55,880 bases of DNA. It comes from an uncultured Candidatus Saccharibacteria bacterium (GTDB taxonomy: Bacteria; Patescibacteriota; Minisyncoccia; Phycocordibacterales; DSPV01). Made by a program: the position numbers and the translations under genes. The DNA lies in NCBI GenBank assembly GCA_964616075.1, contig CAZTRA010000002.1, positions 40,473 to 96,352 of the forward strand, in the 5' to 3' direction. The notes under the pieces were generated by a model. The model was given only the letters and a program-made list of their open reading frames with translations, did not search any database and was not told the origin of the DNA. Below are positions 24,681-32,615 of the stretch, piece by piece (position 1 is the stretch's first letter; each line of letters opens with the position of its first letter).

Positions 24681-24710
24681 ATAGGATTTACTTTTCATAT
24701 TCTGTCCCAG

Positions 24711-24719
24711 TGTTACAAT
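24711..24719 (+). promoter_or_regulatory. Extended -10 promoter element TGTTACAAT upstream of glyA.
   Basis: It lies within a 20-mer (24709..24728) identical to 28392..28411 upstream of ileS, followed by GC-rich GCCGGCACG. Confidence 0.55.
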
Positions 24720-24743
24720 GCCGGCACGAGTAATAGCATTCTT

Positions 24744-25934
24744 ATGAAAGATAAAGAAATTGCACGTCTCATAAAAGCTGAGTCGGCACGTCAAAAAAAG
24801 GCGGTTAACCTGATTGCGTCGGAGAATTTTGTAAGTACCGATGTGTTAAAAGCTCTCGGAAGTGATTTTGTAAATAAATACGCAGAAGGATACCCGGGTA
24901 AGCGATACTATGGAGGAAACGTGTATACCGATAAAGTAGAAACACTTGCGCAGCAACGCGCGCTCAAACTGTTTGCATTGAAAACAGACGAATGGCATGT
25001 GAACGTACAGGCGCTTTCTGGTTCACCTGCAAATCTTGCGGTGTACACGGCGCTCGTGCCCCTGGGGGGCAAGATTATGGGTATGCTTCTTGATCAGGGT
25101 GGTCATTTAACCCATGGTCACAAGGTCTCGGCGACTGGTAAATTTTGGGTACAGGTGTCTTATGGCGTGTCTCGGGGAACTGAAGTACTCGATTATGATG
25201 AACTTATGCGTATTGCAATTGCCGAGAAGCCAGCGGTTATTGTGGCCGGTTTTACCGCGTATCCGCGCGTGATTGAGTGGGCGGCGTTTCGAAAAATTGC
25301 TGATGCGGTGGGTGCGCTTTTGATGGTGGACATGTCACATCTTGCTGGGCTGGTGGCGGGAGGCGCATACCCATCGCCATTTTCCTACGCTGACATTGTC
25401 ACCACCACGACACATAAAACGTTGCGTGGTCCGCGCAGTGCGCTCATTTTTGTAAAAAAAGATGCGCGTGAGCTGGATAAGAAAATTGATCGCGCGGTAT
25501 TTCCTGGACTACAAGGAGGGCCTCATCAAAACCAGATTGCCGCTGTTGCGGTTGCTTTGAAAGAAGCAACAACGCCACTGTTTAAAAAATATGCCAATCA
25601 GGTGGTACGGAATGCGTCTGTGCTTGCTAAAGAGTTGGCCGCGTACGGGTGGCATGTGGTCTCTGGTGGTACGGATAGTCACTTGGTGCTCGTTGACACG
25701 TGGATGGGTGGGAAGGGGATTTCTGGAAAAGAAGCAGCTGATCGTCTTGAGAAGGTTGGTATTATTGTGAACAAAAACGCAATTCCGTTTGATGGTCGCC
25801 CGCCAGCCGATCCTTCAGGTATCCGTTTGGGTACGGCCGCACAGACTACGCGCGGGTGGAAAGAAAAACAATTTATTGCAGTAGCGAAAAAAATTAATCA
25901 GATCTTACGGAAGGCTCGTACCAGGACTTCATAA
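24744..25934 (+). CDS. glyA: Serine hydroxymethyltransferase.
   Basis: NLIASENF, GYPGKRYYGG and TTTTHKTLRGPR (PLP lysine) motifs. Confidence 0.95.
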   Translation: MKDKEIARLIKAESARQKKAVNLIASENFVSTDVLKALGSDFVNKYAEGYPGKRYYGGNVYTDKVETLAQQRALKLFALKTDEWHVNVQALSGSPANLAVYTALVPLGGKIMGMLLDQGGHLTHGHKVSATGKFWVQVSYGVSRGTEVLDYDELMRIAIAEKPAVIVAGFTAYPRVIEWAAFRKIADAVGALLMVDMSHLAGLVAGGAYPSPFSYADIVTTTTHKTLRGPRSALIFVKKDARELDKKIDRAVFPGLQGGPHQNQIAAVAVALKEATTPLFKKYANQVVRNASVLAKELAAYGWHVVSGGTDSHLVLVDTWMGGKGISGKEAADRLEKVGIIVNKNAIPFDGRPPADPSGIRLGTAAQTTRGWKEKQFIAVAKKINQILRKARTRTS

Positions 25935-25947
25935 CGGGCGTGTTTCT

Positions 25948-26565
25948 ATGAAAAAGAATAAAAAAAGTCAGACACGCGATATAGATTTTTTGTTTGAGGT
26001 TGGGTCGTTGCGTGCGGCACAACGTGCGTGGGCGCAGCTGTTTGGCGGGCTCAAGACGGCAACGATACTTGAGCATATGTTTCGGGTAGCGCTGCTTGCT
26101 TTGATTATTGCTCGCCGTGAGGGTGTTGTGGTTGATGAGGGTAAAATGCTCCAGATGGCACTACTCCATGATTTACCTGAGTCTCGTACGGTTGACCATG
26201 CCCATGTACATAAGGCGTATGTGAAAGAAGATGAAGATCGGGCAATTCATGATTTATTTTTGGGTACAGCTATTGCAACGCGTGCCAAGGATGTGCTCAA
26301 AGAATACAAAGAACGTACCTCTCTTGAAGCAAAGATAGTGAAAGACGCTGATAATATTGATATTGATCTGGAATTTAAAGAGCTCGAGGAGCGTGGTTCT
26401 AAGGTGCCGGCCAAGCAGCAGCACTTTCGTCGTGTGGTACGAGAGGAGAAATTGTATACCAAAGCAGCTCGTGAGCTGTGGGACGAAATTCAAACAGCGG
26501 ATCCCGATGCGTGGCAAACGAGCACGAATACGTGGCTCGCTTCCGGTAAAGGTCACGGCCGATAG
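25948..26565 (+). CDS. HD-domain phosphohydrolase (YfbR-like 5'-deoxynucleotidase type).
   Basis: LEHMFRVALLA ... LLHDLPESRTVD ... DADNID, the HD-superfamily metal-ligand pattern. Confidence 0.75.
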   Translation: MKKNKKSQTRDIDFLFEVGSLRAAQRAWAQLFGGLKTATILEHMFRVALLALIIARREGVVVDEGKMLQMALLHDLPESRTVDHAHVHKAYVKEDEDRAIHDLFLGTAIATRAKDVLKEYKERTSLEAKIVKDADNIDIDLEFKELEERGSKVPAKQQHFRRVVREEKLYTKAARELWDEIQTADPDAWQTSTNTWLASGKGHGR

Positions 26566-26603
26566 TCCTGTTATAAGAGCGGACGATTTGATACGATAAG
26601 ACG

Positions 26604-28289
26604 ATGCAAGATATCGTACGTCAGGTGATAGAAAGAGCACTTTCGGTGCTTTCGATAGGCGATGTTTCGTTTGTGGTTGAACGACCGGGCGATCTTTCTC
26701 ATGGGGATTATGCGACAAATGTGGCTCTGGTTGTTTCAAAACAGTTGAAGCAGTCGCCGCGCACGGTTGCTGAGCGCGTAGCGGCGCTTATACAGGAGCA
26801 GGCGGTGCCCGTTATTGCTACCGTGACGGTGGCTGGTCCGGGATTTATCAACATCACGCTCCAGCCAGATTATTTTGAGCAGACTGTTGCTGCGGTATGT
26901 TCTCAAAAAAAAGCGTACGGAAAAGGAACTTTGTATAACGGTAAAAACGTTATTGTTGAGTATACAGACCCCAACCCATTTAAAGAGTTGCACATTGGTC
27001 ACGTGATGAGCAATGCGATCGGTGAGTCGATCGCGCGAGTGATTGCTTGTGCGGGGGCGCACGTGATACGAGCAAGCTATCACGGTGATGTGGGGCTTCA
27101 TGTGGCAAAGGCGCTGTGGGCTTACCAGAAACAAGGGAACAATGATTTGTCGTACTTGGTGTCTGGTAAGGCGTATGCCGATGGAAACCGGGCATTTGAA
27201 GAAGATGTTTCAGCGAGAAAGGAGATTGAACACACAAATAAACTCGTGTATGAGCGTACCGATGAGCAGGTGAATGCCGCGTATGACGCGGGGCGTACCG
27301 CTTCGTTTGATTCGTTCTACCGCTATCTAGCTAAGATCGGTACGACGTTTGATATGAAATTTTATGAGAGCGAATCCGGGCCGATTGGTAAGGCGCTCGT
27401 TGAGTCCAATATTGGTAACGTCTTTGAACAAAGCGAAGGGGCAGTCGTTTTCCCTGAAGAAAAGTCCGGTTTGCATACGCGTGTATTTCTTAATTCTCAC
27501 GGACTTCCCACGTATGAGGCAAAAGAGCTTGGTTTGGCAAAACTGAAGGCGGAGCGGTGCCCGTTTGATACCTCGATTGTGGTAACCGGAAACGAGATTA
27601 ATGACTATTTTAAGGTCTTGCTTCGGGCCATGGCGCTCTTGATGCCTGATGTTGCGGCAAAGACGCTCCATGTGTCTCATGGTATGTTGCGGTTGCCTAC
27701 GGGGAAGATGTCGTCACGTACCGGAACGGTTGTTACCGCAACGCAACTGTTTGATGAGGTACAAAAAGCGATTATAGGTCGCATGCAAGAGCGGGGCTTG
27801 TCCCCTGCTGAGCTTGAAGCGGTGTCTTGGCAGATTGCGGTTGCTGCGGTGAAGTATTCTATTTTGCGTCAGTCACCGGGGTCTGACATTATCTATGACT
27901 TTGAAAAATCTATCTCGGTTGAGGGTGATTCTGGTCCTTATGTTCAATATACCGCGGTTCGTGCGCGCTCTGTTGTTCGCAAAGCTGCTGAGCAGGGAAT
28001 ACCGATCGTCATAACTCGACCCACTGATGAGTACTTGTCTGTGGTTGAACGTTTGATACCTCGGTTTCCGGAAATCGCGTCTCGCGCGGCGTCTGAGCTC
28101 GCGCCGCATCACGTTGCAAATTATTTAATTGAACTTTCTTCAGCGTTTAATAATTTTTACACCACTACAGTGATTATCGGTGAAAAAACTGAGACAACGT
28201 CGTACCGTGTGATGCTCACAGATGCAGTTGCGACTGTGTTGGAGAATGGCCTTGCGTTATTGGGTATCGAAGTACCTATCAAGATGTAG
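26604..28289 (+). CDS. argS: Arginine--tRNA ligase.
   Basis: An N-terminal Arg_tRNA_synt_N-like region, a class I HIGH-type motif (ELHIGHVMS), and a DALR anticodon-binding C-terminus ending in M. Confidence 0.9.
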   Translation: MQDIVRQVIERALSVLSIGDVSFVVERPGDLSHGDYATNVALVVSKQLKQSPRTVAERVAALIQEQAVPVIATVTVAGPGFINITLQPDYFEQTVAAVCSQKKAYGKGTLYNGKNVIVEYTDPNPFKELHIGHVMSNAIGESIARVIACAGAHVIRASYHGDVGLHVAKALWAYQKQGNNDLSYLVSGKAYADGNRAFEEDVSARKEIEHTNKLVYERTDEQVNAAYDAGRTASFDSFYRYLAKIGTTFDMKFYESESGPIGKALVESNIGNVFEQSEGAVVFPEEKSGLHTRVFLNSHGLPTYEAKELGLAKLKAERCPFDTSIVVTGNEINDYFKVLLRAMALLMPDVAAKTLHVSHGMLRLPTGKMSSRTGTVVTATQLFDEVQKAIIGRMQERGLSPAELEAVSWQIAVAAVKYSILRQSPGSDIIYDFEKSISVEGDSGPYVQYTAVRARSVVRKAAEQGIPIVITRPTDEYLSVVERLIPRFPEIASRAASELAPHHVANYLIELSSAFNNFYTTTVIIGEKTETTSYRVMLTDAVATVLENGLALLGIEVPIKM

Positions 28290-28393
28290 CTTTCTTTTTA
28301 GATTAGAATATATTGATCCGTATTGTCATTTATATGTTACATGGTTGGAATTAGATGTCTTTTACAAGACGCTTTTTCTGTCTGTGTCTAAAG

Positions 28394-28402
28394 TGTTACA
28401 AT
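28394..28402 (+). promoter_or_regulatory. Extended -10 promoter element TGTTACAAT upstream of ileS.
   Basis: Same 20-mer as at glyA. The first ATG of the track ORF (28401) lies inside the hexamer. Confidence 0.55.
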
Positions 28403-31400
28403 GCCGGCACGTATTGCTATGGCAGAAAAATCATACAAACAAACAGAACAGAAGGCGACACCACTGAATCCTTTTCCTGCTATTGAAAAGGATATGCTCG
28501 CGTTGTGGCAAAAAGAGCAGGTTTTTACTGCAACACTAAAAAAAGAATCTCCCAAAGGGGAGTATGTCTTTTATGATGGTCCGCCGTTTGCTAGCGGTGA
28601 ACCACATTATGGGCATATCCTTGCGGGTACGATCAAAGATGTGATTCCACGATTTCGTACGATGCAGGGGTACCATGTGCCGCGTCGATGGGGGTGGGAT
28701 TGTCATGGATTGCCGGTTGAAAATTTGGTAGAGAAGGAGTTGGGATTAAAGACAAAGAAAGATATTGAAGATTACGGTATTGAGAAATTTAATGCTGTTG
28801 CAAAGGAGAGTGTGATGCGTTTTGCCGATGATTGGCGGAAGGTTATTCCGCGCATGGGTCGTTTTGTTGATATGGAAAATGATTACAAAACGATGGATCC
28901 GTCTTACACCCAGAGCGTGTGGTGGGCGTTTAAGGAGCTCCACAAGAAAGGATTACTCTATCAGGGTTTTAAACCGATGCATATTTGTCCGCGGTGCGAA
29001 ACAACACTTTCGAATTTTGAAGTGACACAGGGGTATCAGGATATTAAAGATGTGTCTGCGTATGTGAAGTTTAAGGTAAAGAATCCAGAGAAACTTCCGT
29101 TGTCTAAAGATGCTGATACGAATGTTTATTTTCTTGCATGGACTACGACACCTTGGACTCTCCCAGGTAATGTGGCACTTGCGGTAGGTGCAGATATTGA
29201 TTATGTGGCTTGTATTTTTGGTAAAGATATCTATGTTGTTTCTCAACAAGCATATACGCGAGGAATTTTTGATGGAAGTAGTGAGTCAGTTATGTTGCAA
29301 ACATGGCAAACTCCCAGAGATCTTGTGATAAAGGGTGCTGATCTTGGAAAATGTAAACTTGAATATGAGCCTCTTTTTTCCTACTACGTTCATGATACAA
29401 AACTCAAGCATTGTGAGAACGGATGGAAGGTGTATGCCGCTGATTTTGTAACGACCGATGATGGTACGGGCGTGGTACACATCGCACCGGCATTTGGTGA
29501 GGATGATATGAATCTTGGCCAGAAGGAACAGCTGCCGTTTGTGCAGCATGTCGGCATGGACGGACGCTTTGTCGATCGCGTTATTGATTTTAAAGGTGAG
29601 AGCGTTAAGCCAAAAGGTCATCATATGGAAACTGATCGCAAGGTGGTGGCGCATCTTGAGTCTGTGGGGTTGTTGTTTAAAACAGAAGAAATTACTCACT
29701 CATATCCGCATTGTTGGCGTTGTGATACACCACTTCTTAACTATGCAACTTCTTCATGGTTTGTGCGTGTTACCGATATTAAAGATGTCTTGGTACATCA
29801 AAACGAAACAGTGACATGGGTTCCTCCTGAGGTTGGTTCCGGACGGTTTGGTAAATGGCTTGAAGGTGCTCGTGATTGGGCCATCTCACGTTCTCGTTTT
29901 TGGGGCGCACCAATTCCTGTATGGGAGTGTGCGACATGTAAGAAGCAAGAGGTGATTGGAACTTTTGCTGAATTGAAGGCAAAACTACCAACGAGAAATC
30001 GTTACTTCATTGTTCGCCACGGTGAGGCGGAAAATAACACTAAAGGTCTGGTGAGTTCACACGTTGATGCCCCGCACCATCTCACGGAAAAAGGGAAAGC
30101 ACAGGTGCAAAAGGCGGCACGGCGTCTTGCAGGGGAGCGTGTTGATGTCATTATTACTTCGCCACTCATTCGTACGCGAGAAACCGCTGATATTATTAGG
30201 GCGGAGCTTGGGTTACCTGCCGAGGTGGTCCACCTTGAAAAGCGGTTTGCGGAAGTTGCCGGAGGTGATTTTGAGGGGAAGTCAGTCGATGCTTACCGTG
30301 CCTATTTTACGACTCACGGGAGCCGTTTTGTGACACGTCCACCGGGAGGTGAGTGCCAGGCTGACGTCCGAGCTCGTGTGGTTGCCGCGCTCCATGATAT
30401 TGATGCGCGTTATGAGGGTAAGACGATCGTACTCGTGTCCCATGAGACACCGTTGTGGCTTATGGAGATGACCGCTGAAGGATACGATCGGCGACAAGCC
30501 GAGCGTTTATGGAATGAACGGCCGATTGATTTTATTGGTAATGCGGAAGTTCGCGAAATAGTGTTGGCACCATTGCCGAACGGCAGAGATGGAGAGATTG
30601 ATGTCCATCGTCCGTACATTGATGGCGTGCTGTATGCCTGTACGTGTGGTGGTACGATGCGGCGTGTACCGGAGGTGTTTGATTGCTGGTTTGAATCAGG
30701 TTCGATGCCGTATGCAGAATCTTGTTTTGTTGGTACAGGCACACCAACATTTTCTCCGACACAGCAGTACGGGTATCCTGCCGATTTTATTGCTGAAGGC
30801 CTGGATCAGACGCGCGGCTGGTTCTATTCGCTTATTGTTCTTGGTACAGCGTTGTTTGGGGCGTCTCCTTATAAGCAAGTTATTGTGAATGGTTTAATTC
30901 TTGCCGAGAATGGTCAAAAAATGTCTAAGCGACTCAAGAATTATCCGGATCCATTACTGGTGGTTGATACGTATGGTGCTGATGCGCTTAGGCTATACCT
31001 TATGTCGTCTCCTGTTGTGCACGGTGAAGATTTGCGCTTTTCACAGCGAGCGGTCGAAGAGATTATGCGAAAGACGCTTGGACGGTTACATAATTGTCTG
31101 CAGTTTTTAAAATTACAGGCGTCCGATGAGCGAGCTCCGCTCGTACGTCCTGAAAGCGAACACATACTCGATCATTGGGTGTGTGTCCGTTTGTCTCAGG
31201 TTGCCGAAGAAGTGACCAGTGCTCTTTTGAAGGGAGAACTTGATCGGGCAGTGCGGCCACTGCATGCGTGGGTTGATGATCTGTCTGTCTGGTATGTTCG
31301 TCGTTCACGCGATCGTTTCAAAAGCGACGCACTCTCTGATCGGGCGACTGCTGCAGCTACGCTTTCGTATGTGCTTGCTCAAACAGCGATACTGTTCGCG

Positions 31401-32000
31401 CCGTTCGCACCTTTTTATGCTGATTATTTGTTTAGAATGGTGCAGGGGTCAGAAACAAGTGTGCACCTTTCTGCGTGGCCCACATACAAGACATTAACAC
31501 CCGGAGATCATGCATTGCTCACTAATATGGTGTCGGTTCGTGAAGTCGTTTCTCTTGCACTGGAGGCCCGCGCACGTGCGAATATTAAGGTGCGCCAGCC
31601 ACTGGCGGCGCTAACCATTAAAGGTCCCGATCATCTCTTTTCTCAAGCTCTCCTCTCTCTTATTGCTGAAGAGGTGAATGTGAAGGAGGTGCTGTGTCAG
31701 AGCGCGCAATCAGAACCCGTAGTGCTTGATACGGTTATTACTCCAGAATTGAAGGCAGAAGGCGATCTCCGCGAGTTTATTCGAGCAGTGCAAGATCTTC
31801 GTAAAAAGGCCGGTTTAAAGCAGGGTGAGCCCGCTACGCTCGTGGTTTTCGGGGAGGGTGCAGAAACCGCTATTGCTGCACTAAAAGATAGGATAAGAGA
31901 TGTTGCTACAATTACTGACTGTGTGTTTGAACAGGTGTCTGGCGAAGAGGTCACATTAGGCGATGTGCAGTTGCATCTTGCAGTACGAAAGGCTATTTAA
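28401..32000 (+). CDS. ileS: Isoleucine--tRNA ligase (type 2-like) carrying an in-frame histidine-phosphatase (PGM-family) domain insertion.
   Basis: HIGH motif PHYGHILAG, a CP1 editing region, KMSKRLKNYP, and DCWFESGSMPY. The ~198-aa insertion at nt 30000..30593 carries RHGEAENN, SPLIRTRETA and LVSHETPL. If TACAAT at 28397..28402 is the -10, the real start is probably ATG 28419 (MAEKSYKQ). Confidence 0.9.
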   Translation: MPARIAMAEKSYKQTEQKATPLNPFPAIEKDMLALWQKEQVFTATLKKESPKGEYVFYDGPPFASGEPHYGHILAGTIKDVIPRFRTMQGYHVPRRWGWDCHGLPVENLVEKELGLKTKKDIEDYGIEKFNAVAKESVMRFADDWRKVIPRMGRFVDMENDYKTMDPSYTQSVWWAFKELHKKGLLYQGFKPMHICPRCETTLSNFEVTQGYQDIKDVSAYVKFKVKNPEKLPLSKDADTNVYFLAWTTTPWTLPGNVALAVGADIDYVACIFGKDIYVVSQQAYTRGIFDGSSESVMLQTWQTPRDLVIKGADLGKCKLEYEPLFSYYVHDTKLKHCENGWKVYAADFVTTDDGTGVVHIAPAFGEDDMNLGQKEQLPFVQHVGMDGRFVDRVIDFKGESVKPKGHHMETDRKVVAHLESVGLLFKTEEITHSYPHCWRCDTPLLNYATSSWFVRVTDIKDVLVHQNETVTWVPPEVGSGRFGKWLEGARDWAISRSRFWGAPIPVWECATCKKQEVIGTFAELKAKLPTRNRYFIVRHGEAENNTKGLVSSHVDAPHHLTEKGKAQVQKAARRLAGERVDVIITSPLIRTRETADIIRAELGLPAEVVHLEKRFAEVAGGDFEGKSVDAYRAYFTTHGSRFVTRPPGGECQADVRARVVAALHDIDARYEGKTIVLVSHETPLWLMEMTAEGYDRRQAERLWNERPIDFIGNAEVREIVLAPLPNGRDGEIDVHRPYIDGVLYACTCGGTMRRVPEVFDCWFESGSMPYAESCFVGTGTPTFSPTQQYGYPADFIAEGLDQTRGWFYSLIVLGTALFGASPYKQVIVNGLILAENGQKMSKRLKNYPDPLLVVDTYGADALRLYLMSSPVVHGEDLRFSQRAVEEIMRKTLGRLHNCLQFLKLQASDERAPLVRPESEHILDHWVCVRLSQVAEEVTSALLKGELDRAVRPLHAWVDDLSVWYVRRSRDRFKSDALSDRATAAATLSYVLAQTAILFAPFAPFYADYLFRMVQGSETSVHLSAWPTYKTLTPGDHALLTNMVSVREVVSLALEARARANIKVRQPLAALTIKGPDHLFSQALLSLIAEEVNVKEVLCQSAQSEPVVLDTVITPELKAEGDLREFIRAVQDLRKKAGLKQGEPATLVVFGEGAETAIAALKDRIRDVATITDCVFEQVSGEEVTLGDVQLHLAVRKAI

Positions 32001-32005
32001 TTTTT

Positions 32006-32590
32006 GTGTACCACTTTCACCACACAGAAGCGATTGTTATTGCTACGCGACCGCTGAAAGAATCAGATAGGCGATTGCGCTTATTTACTCGTGAACTGGG
32101 TGTCGTAACGGCGACTGCAACGGGAGTTCGATTATTGCAATCTAAATTACGTTACGCATTACAGCCATATACGCTGGTAACACTTGTTATGGTTCATGGT
32201 AAACAGGGATGGCGTGTTACTAATGCGGTACCTAGAGCATCTCTTTTTATTAAAGAGGGACGGGAGAAATCTCGTCGAACTATTATTTCTTTGCTTGGTT
32301 TTATTGCAAGGTTTCTTCCAGAAGGTGTTGCAGAAAAGAACTTGTTTGATTTTGTGTGTGCATCGTTCCAGCATATTTTGGAGGGTATGATTGTGGGGGA
32401 GGACGAGATGATGGTTCGATTGATATGTGAATATAAAACATTGTATACGTGTGGATATATTGCAGCCCCCACTTCATTTCAGTCTCTTTTGAAAATCGAA
32501 GTGCCGTCTGATGCCTTATCATTTGCAGCCCCCATTAAAAAACATCTGCATGATGCTGTTGTGCAAGGGGTCACCGCGAGTCACTTGTAG
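32006..32590 (+). CDS. recO: DNA repair protein RecO (short form).
   Basis: GTG start. The N-terminal OB-fold pattern is HTEAIVIATRPLKESDRRLRLFTRELGVVTATATGVR...YTLV. No zinc-finger segment. Confidence 0.7.
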   Translation: MYHFHHTEAIVIATRPLKESDRRLRLFTRELGVVTATATGVRLLQSKLRYALQPYTLVTLVMVHGKQGWRVTNAVPRASLFIKEGREKSRRTIISLLGFIARFLPEGVAEKNLFDFVCASFQHILEGMIVGEDEMMVRLICEYKTLYTCGYIAAPTSFQSLLKIEVPSDALSFAAPIKKHLHDAVVQGVTASHL

Positions 32591-32615
32591 GTGCATGTTA
32601 GAATAGGTGACACCT

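Noticed and set aside
30000-30593. The IleRS insertion as an intein, or as a mis-joined separate gene.
   Set aside because: It has no Cys/Ser/Thr-start and His-Asn-end splicing signature and no endonuclease motifs. The frame is continuous, and the flanks resume the IleRS alignment exactly where expected. The motifs are those of a histidine phosphatase.
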